DNA of 64,000 bases from Phaeosaccion multiseriatum (lineage: Eukaryota > Protista > Ochrophyta, other classes), in NCBI GenBank assembly GCA_965112735.1, contig OZ218963.1, forward strand, positions 1,426,001-1,490,000. The letters are read 5' to 3'. The position numbers and the translations under genes were made by a program. The notes beneath the pieces are model-generated. The model made no database searches, was not told where the DNA came from, and saw only the letters and a program-made list of their open reading frames with translations. This document shows positions 12,701 through 24,976 of this stretch, one piece after another (within the stretch, counting starts at the first letter, position 1; each line of letters begins with the position of its first letter).

Positions 12701-15700
12701 CCACCCCTTCCCCACCCACACCTACCCCACCCACCCCTACCCCACCCACACCTACCCCACCCACACCTACCCCACCCACACCTACCCCACCCACACCTAC
12801 CCCACCCACACCTACCCCACCCACCCCTACCCCACCTACACCTACCCCACCCACCCCTACCCCACCCACACCTACCCCACCAACGGGCTGTGCGGGAATC
12901 GCCTCGTGTGGAATCGGCGGCAACACTTGCGTACAAGACCCTGCTTGCGAGCTGGGCGGACCAGGAGGTACCGGATGCATCGCCCCCCTCAGCGCCACGA
13001 ACAGCTGCCGCTACTGTGGAGGCCGCTTCCTTGACTGCGACACGGCTTTGGGTGGCAGCCCCATCTCCCCCACACCTACGCCCCCCTCTCCCACCCCTAC
13101 TCCTCCTACACCTACCCCACCCACCCCTACCCCACCGACACCTACCCCACCCACCCCTACCCCACCCACACCTACCCCACCCACACCTACCCCACCCACC
13201 CCTACCCCACCCACACCTACCCCACCCACACCTACCCCACCCACACCTACCCCACCCACACCTACCCCACCCACCCCTACCCCACCTACACCTATCCCAC
13301 CCACCCCTACCCCACCCACACCTACCCCACCAACGGGCTGTGCGGGAATCGCCTCGTGTGGAATCGGCGGCAACACTTGCGTACAAGACCCTGCTTGCGA
13401 GCTGGGCGGACCAGGAGGTACCGGATGCATCGCCCCCCTCAGCGCCACGAACAGCTGCCGCTACTGTGGAGGCCGCTTCCTTGACTGCGACACGGCTTTG
13501 GGTGGCAGCCCCATCTCCCCCACACCTACGCCCCCCTCTCCCACCCCTACTCCTCCTACACCTACCCCACCCACCCCTACCCCACCCACACCTACCCCAC
13601 CCACACCTACCCCACCCACACCTACCCCACCCACCCCCACCCCACCCACCCCTACCCCACCCACACCTACCCCACCCACATCTACCCCACCCACACCGAC
13701 CCCACCCACCCCTACACCACCCACACCTACCCCACCCACACCTACCCCACCCACCCCTACCCCACCCACACCTACCCCACCCACACCTACGCCACCTACC
13801 CCTACCCCACCCACCCCTACCCCACCCACCCCTACCCCACCCACCCCTACCCCACCCACTCCTACTCCACCCACACCTACCCTACCCACACCTACCCCAC
13901 CCACCCCTACACCACCCTCGGGATGTGCCGGAATCGCTTCATGCAGCTTGACCGCATGCGTACAAGACCCGGCCTGCTCCGGCGGGGGAGGGCTCGGCTG
14001 CATTGCCCCCCTGGCCGAGACGAACGGCTGCCGCTACTGTGGGTACAATCAATTCCTGGCCTGTGACGTGGCGTTGGGAGGCGGGCCCATCGCTCCATCT
14101 CCCACACCTACCCCACCCACCCCTACTCCTCCTACACCTACCCCACCCACCCCTACCCCACCCACCCCTACACCACCCACACCTACCCCTCCTACACCTA
14201 CCCCACCCACACCTACACCACCCACACCTACCCCTCCTACACCTACCCCACCCACCCCTACCCCGCCCACACCTACCCCACCCACCCCTACCCCACCCAC
14301 CCCTACACCACCCACACCTACCCCACCCACACCTACCCCACCTACCCCTACCCCACCCACACCTACCCCACCCACCCCCACCCCACCCACCCCTACCCCA
14401 CCCACTCCTACCCCACCCACCCCTACCCCACCCACACCTACCCCACCCACCCCTACCCCACCCACACCTACCCCACCTACACCTACCCCACCCACCCCTA
14501 CCCCACCCACCCCTACCCCACCCACACCTACCCCACCCACACCTACCCCACCCACCCCTACCCCACCCACACCTACCCCACCCACACCTACCCCACCCAC
14601 CCCTACCCCTCCTACACCTACCCCACCCACACCTACCCCACCCACACCTGCGGCCACTGCTGCCCCTTCCAATTTTGGTAAGTTGACAAAGGCGAGAGGC
14701 GAGGTTGGCTGGTCACTATGGCTCAGTGTGTTGTGAGAGCAAGCTGCCAAGAGGTTGTGTGAGTGTGAGCAGATATATACGCGCTTGATGAACTTTGTCT
14801 GACTTTGCTCGGTGCCTTCCCGCCGTCCCGACCCCTCTTCTCTATCTGTCTCCTTCTCCCCCCCCTGTCGCTCTCTGCTCGGTAACATGATGCAGAGCTC
14901 ATTCTCGTGCCAGAGACCGACGAGGACGAGATTGGCACAGAACCTAGCTACGCATGGACTCAAGAGGCAAGCATTGACGAAGCGCCCCTCCTGGATAACG
15001 AGGGGTGTGGTGAGGCTGAACCTGCCTCCGACCAACCCACCGTGGAGTACACTTTCTCCACTCCCGTGGACGGGTTGCTGACCATTGACACCTGCGGTTC
15101 GGATACGAACTTCGACACTCAAATTGCTCTCTTCACTGCTGATACCCTCACGTGCCTGCCCGGTGTGGTGGGTGGGAGTATCGAGGGTGGTTGCACCGAT
15201 GGAGGCTTCATTGTGGCAGACGTGCCTGTCGTGGCGGGCGGAGAGTACGTCGTTCGCGTGTACGAGTCTCCGAGTTCGACCCGACGAAGGAGGAGGTTAC
15301 AGTTCGGACTATTGAAGAACTTCGTACTTAGGCTTGAATTGGTGACACGTGAGTGAGCGAGTGGGAGGGAGAATGGGTCCAGGCAGGGTGGAGCCATGTG
15401 CAGCGCACATGCTTCCACACGACTTTCATTCGCCCTCTCTCTCCCACTCCCTCCGTTCCTCCTTCCTCCCCGTACGCCTCCAACCTCCCACCCACAGCCC
15501 TAAACGCCTTGTGCCGCTTTTGCTACTCGACCGAGGCGGAGCTGTTGGCCGCTGAGGTGCAGTTTGCCGGCGAGTTCTCAGCCGGCGGTATCTTGTGCTC
15601 GAATGTTGGTGCGACCCCAAGCCCGGCGCCAGCCCCGACCCCTCCTCCGGTCTACGTGACGGCCGCAGGAGCCACGCGTGGTCTGTCCGTCGCCACTCGA

Positions 15701-18296
15701 CAGCTGGCCCACCTGCTCGACAGCGAGCAAATGAAGAGCAAGGAGGAGGAGGAGGAGGAGGAGGAGGAGATGCCCATCACCCTGGACGACGCCCTCAGTG
15801 GAGAGGGTATGTGCGTGTTTATGACGGCGTACGCGGACTTCCACGCAGAGGCGGCGGAGTCTGTACGGTCCCTGGAACTTCACTGGCCTAGTGTGGACAA
15901 GATTGCCATTGGCGTTCACCCGCACGACTTCTTCGTCTTCAACCGCACTATGGGGGGCCGTCTCTCGGCAGGCACTGTCGTCCAAGTGAGTGCGTTGGTG
16001 GTACAGACAGAGGGAGGGAGGGGAGGGAGAAAGAGCACGCACACACATAGGCATACATACGCACACTCACTCACACACACCCCCTCCCTCCCTGTATCAC
16101 CAACAGGTGCACAACTCCACCATGCCCTCCCTCACCGCCCTGTGGGCCGACGAGTACTGCGGACCCGACACGTCTATCATCTACTACCTCACCGTGGGCA
16201 CCGTGCTCACCCGCCCACCCCTGCGAAAGGATGTGTACGACATCAACGGAAATCTCCTGCTGGACTGGGCCCCACTGGCCATCGCCCAGGGCAGCACTGC
16301 AGAGGAAGCCCAGATTGTGGAGGAGTCTAATCTGTTCGTTCGCGAGCTGTTCGGCTTCGAGGCCAAGGCCTTTGGTGGGGACAGCTCCGAGGTGCTGCTG
16401 CCCGCGGATGTGAACAAGCGCCTCCGGGATGAGCTGCCCAAGTTCTCCTCGGCACTCCAAGTCGAGGAGGCTGCTCTCGCTACTATCGATGACGAAAGCC
16501 TCCTGCTGGACGGAGTGGACGACGACATCAAGCGTCTGCTCCACCCCTACGCCATCAATATGGTGCAGCTCCTGTGCCAGATGGCCTTCTCGCAGCCGTC
16601 CGCTACCATCCCCATGGGCTTCCACAACCCCTCCGCGTGGAACGAGTACAATGTGTTCAGCAGCGACGTCAAGGTGTGGGACATCCCCCCCAACCGTCCG
16701 CCCTTCACCTGCCGAGCGGACTTGCAGCTCGCCAAGACGCACAACATCGCCCCCGAACTGCGCAAGATGGCGGAGGGGAGTCGCCACTGCGAGTTCGGAT
16801 GGCTGCTGTCCCTCAGGGACGAGGCCGAGGATGGGAGGCTGCCCTGGAAGGAGGACGTGGAATTCTCGGAGGAATGGGATGTGTCCATGCCCGACATTGC
16901 CTCCGACCCCGCCTTTGCCGTCAGCGTCGTCCTCCGGGCCGTGGTGGGTGGCATCAACCTTGTCCCCACGAGCCTGAGCTCCATCATTGCCCGCGTGCCC
17001 TTCGCCACCGAGGTGGTGGTGTTGGGTACCGAGGCGGACCAGGCCCAATTGCAAGAGGTTGTGGCCTTCTTCCTGCACGGCAAGACACCTCCTCCCTTCC
17101 CCATCCGACTCATGATCGAGGAGGAGGAGGAGGGCATGGATGCGTACGCCCAACAGCAGTACAACAAACTGCGCTCTGACCTCTTCACCTCCCCGGAGAG
17201 TGCCTTTGTCCTGCACATGGACTCCGACAAGGTAAGAAGGGGAAGGGAGACAGATATGAAGGGATGGAAGAAGGGAGAGAGGGAGCATCACTCACTCATC
17301 GCACTCACTCACTCGCACAAGCACCACTCGCTCACTCACTCACTCTCTCCCTCCTTCCCCCGCCCACTCCCTGACCCCGACAAGGTGATTTTCGAGGACG
17401 TCGACTACCGCCACCTCTTCCGCTTTGGCAAGCCCGTGCTGCCGTACCGCTCCTACACGGACGACGAAGGAGACGCAATGGTAAGAGAAGGAAGGAGCAA
17501 AGGCTATGCATACTGTGGTTTGTGGTTTCTGGAGGGGGCTGGTGGGGGGGAGGGTGGCGGATAGTGTCGGCAGTACTTGGAGGTTGCTTCTTCTGTGGCT
17601 CTTGTGTTACTTCTGGAGCCGCGAGAAGCAAATGCATTACTTTTTCGACAGCTACCTCAATCCCCTTCCCCTCCCCCTCTCTACCTCCCCTCTCCCTCTG
17701 TGTGAGCTCAGGTCTGCTGGCAAGCGGGCACATCCAAAGCGATGGGCGCTTGGCAGGACCTCGACTTCTCCCTCTACGACACCCTCGTGTACCCCAAGGC
17801 CATGTACCCGGCCCTGCGCGAGCACCTCAGCGAGCAGAACGGCATGAGCTTTATGGACTTCATGCGCTCTCGTCAAGAGGGCTCCTGCAGCGGCGATGCG
17901 CTCAAGGCAGCCCGCAAGTGCGCTACTGAAGGCACCCTGCACAACTGCCCCGGCGCGGAGACCCTCTTCTCCGACGCGAGTGCCATGGGCGCCTTCCTTC
18001 ACGCCTTCATGTCGGAGGAGGTGGAGGCCATTCCCGTGGACCCCTGGGGGCGAACGGCCTCGTCCTACGCTCGCACCACCACCATTCTCGACTGGGCATG
18101 CCAGGCCTCGGCTCCGCTCTTCGCTGGGCTGAATGAGAAGCAGCGTACCAGCTACCTCACAAGTCTCGCGAGTGTGTCTTCGGACAAGGATTGCAAGGCG
18201 CTGGCCTATGCGTGGGACTCTGCGGTGGCCAAAGAGCGTATGGAGAAGAAGGTCGCTCAGGGCAAGGTCTTCAAGCCGCTGTCGGCGAGGCAGTAG
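9794..18296 (+). CDS. ~2,300-aa membrane-anchored/secreted mosaic protein: GT-like N-terminus, Cys-rich modules, (PTPPT)n rods, PPC-like beta domain, C-terminal glycosyltransferase-like domains
   Basis: All junctions are GT-AG and phase-compatible: 9794-10324, 10541-12040, 12442-14677, 14896-15348, 15498-15985, 16107-17231, 17385-17480, 17712-18296. N-terminal hydrophobic anchor VLLAALSAACVLLAL; repeated C-x-x-DP-x-C...G-x-GC...CR(F/Y)CG modules; TIDTCGSDTNFDTQIALF; QQYNKLRSDLF...VLHMDSD (DxD). The exon 1-exon 2 join is the least certain. Confidence 0.8.
12156..12232. mobile_element. Minimal 77-bp MITE (family A) in an intron
   Basis: Perfect 22-bp TIRs: CGGCCCCTGACATGCTTCTGAG (12156-12177) and CTCAGAAGCATGTCAGGGGCCG (12211-12232). 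Confidence 0.8.
12560..14650 (+). repeat. Coding 15-bp minisatellite (PTPPT)n in four blocks, with a 450-bp internal duplication
   Basis: CCTACCCCACCCACA-type units. The Cys module at ~12884-13090 recurs essentially identically at ~13334-13540. Confidence 0.95.
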
Positions 18297-18660
18297 AGAC
18301 CCAACTGGCGCAGCACCAGCAGCACGGAACAGAGGAGGGCACACCTGTCTGCTGGTCTTCGATTGTTCGAGTATTGCATATTTAGGGTTTTTTTTTTATA
18401 GGGAAGGAGGGAATGGAAGGGAAGAAACCGTGTGGGGGTGGCGCGGGGCTGTGTGGCAGCACATCGGTCGTGGATAGCGATCGGACAGTGCGGAAGTCCG
18501 TGAAACTACGAAAGTACAGTACTTAATGAGTGTCCACCCTCAATTTGTCAGTGTCAGTTTTTCCGCAGCGGGAGGGGGGCTTTATGTTTGTCAGCCTCCG
18601 CCCCGTTTATTATCTGTGATATACACTTGTAGTTTGTTTTTTTTCTTTCTCCTTCATCTA

Positions 18661-19025
18661 CTGCGATTTCGCGGTTGAGTGGCACTTTTGACGCCCCGTG
18701 AATTTTTTTTGACGCCAAATGACGATTGCTTTGACGACGTTTGACGACGTTTGAACCCCTTTTTTACCCACTTTAAAGCCCTATTTGACGCACCCTTTGA
18801 CGCCCTTTGACGCCCTTTCCCGTGATTTTTTTTTACGTGATTTTTTTTAGACGAAAATAAGGCGAATGAAGATAAAAAAAAGGGCGTCAAAGGGCGTCAA
18901 AGTGCGTCAAATAGCAAATAGGGCTTTTTGGAGTGGGTAAAAAAGGGGTACAAAAGTCGTCAAACATCGTCATTTGGCGTCAAAAAAAATTCACGGGGCG
19001 TCAAAAGTGCCACTCAACCGCGAAA
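18661..19025. mobile_element. Palindromic TGACG-rich MITE (family C), right end slightly truncated
   Basis: Preceded by TA. Left arm CTGCGATTTCGCGGTTGAGTGGCACTTTTGACGCCCCGTGAA is mirrored by TTCACGGGGCGTCAAAAGTGCCACTCAACCGCGAAA. Same family as 48121-48842. Confidence 0.85.
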
Positions 19026-19124
19026 AAAACTGAACCACCTCAGAGGGTTCTTCGTCAAAGAAAAGCGCTAGTAAGGCCATCCTCTCCATCCTCCCTCCCT
19101 CCTCCTTCTTCTAGACCTCAACCA

Positions 19125-20590
19125 ATGTCCCTCTCATTTTCCCTCACGAGGGCGGCAGCCTTTCAGAGGGCTTTAGCCGCGGCAAGAGCAGCCGCGTCGG
19201 CAGCTCCGGCTCCAGTGAAGAGGGGAGATGCAGCAGCAGGCTATGTGTCCCACAGCTGCAGCACTGGCACCCTCGTGTCCTTTGCTACGACTGCTACTGT
19301 GGTGAGGGGGGGAAGATGTGCCCATAGCAGTGGTTGCCGGAATTTTATCGTTAATAGCAGCAGCAGCAGCAGCAGCAGCGGGAGTGGGAGTGCGGGAAGA
19401 GCAAAGGAGGGCTCCATCCGAATCGGAGGTGGCGGAGGGGTGCGGAGGAGGTGGTTGAGTAGCACTAGCGGCAGCGGTAGCGGCCCAGTAGCAGGAGAAG
19501 GAGAAGCAGATGCGGATGGATCGACGAGAGGGGGGGGAAGCGGGGCAGAGGCAACAGAAGGAGGAGGGGGAGGGGGCGGGGAGAGTGAAGACGATCTGCG
19601 GGAGGAACTGGATCGGTGTCAGGAAATGCTCGCCACCCTAAAGGGAGAGATGGACGATCTGGCAGAGGAGAACAAGAAGACCAGGGAGAAGATGCTGTAC
19701 ACGTTGTCCGAGGCGGAAACCACGCGCTCCATTGCCAAGCGAGATGTGGAGAATGCCAAAAGGTGGGCCTTCTTTGTCTATCTCAAGGGCAATGGCAGAG
19801 AGGGTTGCTAGGAGGGATTCAATGCTAATTACATGCCACTCCCTCTCTCCTGCTGCGTCTGTCCCACCCCCGCGTGCAGGTTCTCCATCACGAGCTTTGC
19901 AAAGTCCCTTCTGGACGTGGCGGACAATCTGCACCGCGCGATCGATGCCGTCCCACCGGAGGTGAGTGCCGTGCAGTGGGGTGACGCGTTATATGCAATT
20001 AATTGTGTACTCCCTTCCTCGCCCTCTCACATTCTCTCCGTCTTCCTTCCCTTCAGGAGAAGATTTCCAACCCCCAACTGGCGACTCTCTTGGAAGGCGT
20101 GGAGATGACAGAGGCGAGTTTGCAAAAGGCGTTTGCTTCGCAGAAACTGACGCGGTACGGGGAGATCGGAGACACCTTCGACCCGGAGCTGCACGACGCC
20201 ATGTTCGAGTATCCTGACCCCAGGTAGGGAGAGAGGGACAGGGAGAGACGGTTGAGCACGGCCCACCCACCCCCCCCCAACGCCCTCCAATTCCTCTCGT
20301 CATGTACGCATACGTACGTCCATCACGAGACATACAGGCCTCTACATGCCTCCTCCTCCTAGGTCTTATCTCACCCAACCCTTGCCCTTCCTCCAATCTG
20401 GCTCTCATTTATTTTTCTCTCTATGCGGCCATCTGTCTTCCTCCGTTTAATTCGACTTTCCCAACTGTTGAATCGACCCCCCGCGTGCAGCAAGGAAGCG
20501 GGCACCATTGGCCAGCTCGTCAAGCCCGGATACACGCTGAACGACCGCGTCATCCGAGCTGCCAATGTAGGCGTCGTTAAGAAGAACTGA
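19125..20590 (+). CDS. grpE: GrpE nucleotide-exchange factor, probably mitochondrial
   Basis: Exons 19125-19762, 19880-19961, 20057-20223, 20491-20590. Motifs FAKSLLDVADNL, FDPELHDAMF, GYTLNDRVIRAANVGV. Arg/Ala/Ser-rich presequence-like N-terminus. Confidence 0.95.
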
Positions 20591-20892
20591 GGGACCATAG
20601 CGAGCATGCGATCTGCGCGCAGATTTTTTTTTGCTGCTTCACCCTTCTCGATCGTCTGTCGGTATCGTAGTCAGGTACATGATGATGATGATGATGACGA
20701 TGATGATCGATTCCCCCTCCTTTTCCGTCAGAAGAGGAGATACTTTGCCCCTAATCAAAGACGACAAAGCAAGTCTTGTCCCTTCGGACTAACGTACGTC
20801 TCGGGCTTGTCTCTTCGCTCTTGATGAGAGCAAAATATCAAGGCCCCCTAAGCCCCAAGTCAAGTACATCAACAGGGGGAAGAAACGTGCCC

Positions 20893-22610
20893 TCACACCA
20901 GCCGCTTTTTCTTGAAGAACCTGGTGAGGTGCCGCACTTGATACAGTCCCGTACACAGCAAAATGAGCATCTGCATTGCGGGCCACCACAGGGCGGCGGC
21001 ATTCATCGACTCGGAAACTTTGTGAAACACCATCTCCTTGGTCTGGCGGGGAGGTTGGGAGAGATACAGAGACGGGCAACGACAGACACAACAAAGAAAA
21101 GTGGAAGATTAAACCAACCCAGCTGCAAGCAATGGTGAGCCTCTCCACCCACGCGAGGCAAGAATACGATGGTGAGTTGAAAGCCCCCACACAAGCCGAT
21201 CCCTAGTCGATCACCTCCTTCCTATTCATTCTCCTTCGCCGAACGGCCTAAAAGCGCACAAACCACACATGCTCCCGACTACTCGGGTCGCACTTGGTCC
21301 AAAATTCTCTTCCGGCGAATACAATCGGTGGTGCCCAAAGCGCACGTACACGTACGTACGTACCTTCATGAAGTCAGCCTCGTTTAGAATGGCCGCGATT
21401 CTGTCATTGAGCTTGAGCAGAGCAAGCGAAATGGCGTCTAGACCCTGGTCGTCTGCTACCTGCACGCAAGCACGGCCGAGGGCGGAGGGACGGAAGGGGG
21501 GGGGGGGGCTGTATGTAAGGGTGAGGCGATGGCAGCAAGGACAATCATCTTCTGCTGGTGCACATCCCTGCTGATGGTGGTGCTGCTGCTGCTGGACGCG
21601 TGTGCTCACTCACTCACTCACTCACTCACTTGTTGGTACTGCTCCTCTGACTTGGCAAAGTCGATGGCAACGTCCATGGCTGTCGGGCGTCCTGTGATCA
21701 TCTGCAGACAGAAGTTGTACGTCCCGTCCACCTTCACGCTGCAAGCAGACAGTCACGCATGAGACGAGTGGCCAGGGCGTGAGCACACCAAGATGCACAC
21801 AGTATCCACGGGCAGGGTGTGAGAAAAACAGGACAAACACAGTATGTTTCTACGATCGTATACCCACGGTCTCAAAGGGCCAAACAAGTGGGAGCGCATC
21901 GAGCTGTGTCGTGAGGGGCGAGGGGCGGGGCCTTAGTAGAGAAGAAGCAGTAGAATGACCCATGATGATACCTCTTGACAAAGCCCACTTACGTGTAGAC
22001 AAACGTCCCCTCGCGTTTTGCCACCGGTATCCTCTGTCGGACCTGTGCATCGAGCGTAGGAGAACAAATCGATCCTGAATGCGGTATCCTTTCCCTTCCC
22101 TCACTCTCTTTTCTCCTTCTCTGCTACCCTCCTCTCCCTATCTTGTCTTACAGGTTTGACGAGCCCGCTGTTGCCTGCGTCCACTGGCACGAGCACCTCG
22201 GCGGCAGAGATGGTGAGGCCGACTTCTTCGCCCTCTTCCGCGCCGGCAGCGGGCCCGCGGAATCTATGTCTGGAGGGCCGGAGGGAGGGAAGCGGACGGG
22301 TGGGTGTGAATCCAGTGAGTGCGCGTGGGACAAGAGGAAGGGCGGAGGTAGCAAGAAGGGAGGAGGAGACGAGGAGGAAAGAAGGAGAGGGGGGGTGAGG
22401 TGCGTGCAAAGAGACGGAGGTGAAAGAGCGGATCAGGCAGAGAGAATGTCCTGACCCATCTCACCTAAAGTATACATCAGTGTCCTTCGGCTTTTCTATC
22501 ACCATGCACTGCCTATCGTCAGGGCTGACCACTATGAAGGTCGCAAAGGCTTGGGTCAATAGTAGGGGGAGCAACAGCAGCAGGGGCGGCACTACCCCCC
22601 CATAGATCAT
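20893..22610 (-). CDS. p24/emp24/gp25L (GOLD-domain) cargo receptor
   Basis: Exons ~22610-22465, 22269-22152, 22042-21993, 21738-21630, 21459-21364, 21042-20893. Signal peptide, GOLD cysteines (RQCMV, GTYNFCL), coiled coil, a transmembrane segment and the tail YQVRHLTRFFKKKRLV*. Confidence 0.9.
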
Positions 22611-22991
22611 CTCCTTCAAGAGCAGCAACAATAAAAGCTTGCTCGTCTTAGTATTTTGCAAAGTCTTTTGCACCGAGACGGAGCAGAGAAGAGAGAGAGA
22701 GAGAGAGAGAGGAGAGAGGAAAAAAAAATATGTTTGCCATCCACTGCCATCCACCAACCCTTTCCTTTCTCCCTTCCCCCCTTACAAGCTCTGAGGGCCA
22801 GAGAAGAGAAAGAGAAGACCAGTTGGGCTCACGGAAGATGTCGAGGTCTTCTTCGTGGCATCTCCTCTCCGGGTAGCCCTCGTCACTCAACGTCGGAGGA
22901 GAAAAGGACGCCTCCTCATGAGCCATGAGGAGGACGATTCAGGGGCATCTCTTTCGCAGCCGGACGACTGCTCCATCCATCGCCTCTTGCC

Positions 22992-23617
22992 ATGGGGGGA
23001 GGGAAGCTTTCGCTCTGCAGCGGTGTCTGTGGCGGACAAAAGGACGGGGCTGCACAAGGTAGGGATACGCTTGCTGGGGAAAGAATGGCCCACTTCAACG
23101 AGCGATTCCTGGGCCATGGATTGATCTTTGGCTCCACTCTTACCATACCAACCCCCTCCTCCTTGTTCTCTTACTCTACTGGACCTCTTGGCGGCACGCG
23201 GCAGGCTCCCCACATTCTGCAAAGGTGAGCTTGAGCTTTTTAGTCTCCCCGTGCGTAGGTGAATACCGCACTCTCGTGCTCAGCCACTACCTTCCCCCCC
23301 CTTCCTCCTTTGGCAGGATGAAGTGGGACTGTGGAGTCGCCTGCGTACAGATGATTCTCAGGCGCCGCCGGAGCAGCGGCGCCAGCAGCAGCAGCGGTCA
23401 CAGCAACAGCATTAGTGCCACCGAAGCTGGCTCCGATATTTCCGCAGAGCGATCCAGACTCCTCGGCCTCGTCGGCACCACCAGCGTGTGGTCCATCGAT
23501 CTCGCTATGCTGTTGACAAAGTACGTTAACGGCGGGCTTGCCCGGCCCCCCTCTGGCGTTTACCCTTCGTATGAAGCATGTCTGCCCATGCGGAAGAGCG
23601 CTGTGGTCGATGTTGTT

Positions 23618-23651
<34 letters not shown>

Positions 23652-24941
23652 GTTGCTGCTATCCTTGGCCCTCAGACTGTGTGTTTTCTCCTCACCGCCG
23701 CCCTCCCTCTGCACGTATGCCGGCATGCTTCCCGCAGAGGCGGAGTGAGGTGCCTCTTCTTCACCAAGACGGTGGGGGTGGAAGCGAGTTACGGCACCGT
23801 CGCCTTTTACCGCAGGGAGTTTCATGCTGATGCTAACCGCGTCAACAGGCTCTTCAGGTTAGTAGTATCTTGCGCAATATAGACACAGAGGAGCACTGCA
23901 TTAGTATATGCCTGGGGAGGGAAGGGAAGGGGAGGGGAGGGCGCACAAGGCGTTGGTAGGCTAGAGTCGGGGGCGGTATAATAATAGTCCAAGGAAGTGT
24001 CTGCACGGACCCACGCTCGCCGCTTGACGTGTTGCTCTTGTTGTGTGCACGGCACAGGGAGGCGCTGACGGAGCAGGAGGGAATGGTTCGGAAGAGGAGC
24101 TTCGCGGCGGCCGAGCTCGCAGCGCTGGCCCAGAGGGAGGAGATTGTGCTGCTCTTGCTCGTGGACAGCAAGAGGCTTCCGCCCCGCTTGGATAGACAGC
24201 AGCAGCAGCAGCAGCATTGCATGGGTCAAGGGGAGCAAGCCGCTGGGGAAGGGCTGGGCACGATGAAGACAGGATACGGCAGCAGCACCAGCAAGAGCAG
24301 GAGTTGTAGCAGTAGTAACAGCATGCACAGCGGGGGCGGTGGTAGTGGCAGCAGGGGTGCGCAGCATGGCCCTTGCGTTGACGATGGCCAAGGCAATCCT
24401 GCTCAGACTGCTCGGGCTGGTGCTGCAGGTGTAAGAGGAGAGCCCTCTGCGAGTGTTGGGAGCCGCAGGAGCTCTGCAGGCCCGCTGGCCTTCTCTGCAG
24501 CTTCTTCTGCTGCGGGCGAGAGAAGGGGAGAAGGTCAGCAATGGCGTGAAGCTGCTGGACCAACAGCAGCTGGGGAGGAGGGCCACAGTGGCCGAGATGA
24601 TGCCGAGCAGAGAACAGAGAAAGATAACGCGGCAACATCGGAGACGCCACCTACTGCTTCCCCGTACCCATGCAATGCTGCGGACAATGCGGGGTATCGG
24701 GGTCATTATTTGCTGGTGACTGGATTCTTGGAGCGGGAGCAGTGCTTTGTCCTCCGGGATCCCGCGTGGAAGGTGAGAAGTTGATTCAGTCAGTGATGTT
24801 TGAGCTTGTTCCTACGACTTGATCACGGCAGGGAGCAGCTCCAACAAAGCAGGGGGGTGATGAGACACTCAAGGGGCGAAAGCTGTGGCATCGCCCCTCT
24901 TCCCTCTAACGGGGTATCGTTCTTCCCCACCTCTCTGCCTG

Positions 24942-24976
<35 letters not shown>

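Noticed and set aside
12394-15122. Antisense GGVGV and alternative-frame His/Pro ORFs
   Set aside because: Shadows of the (PTPPT)n coding repeat.
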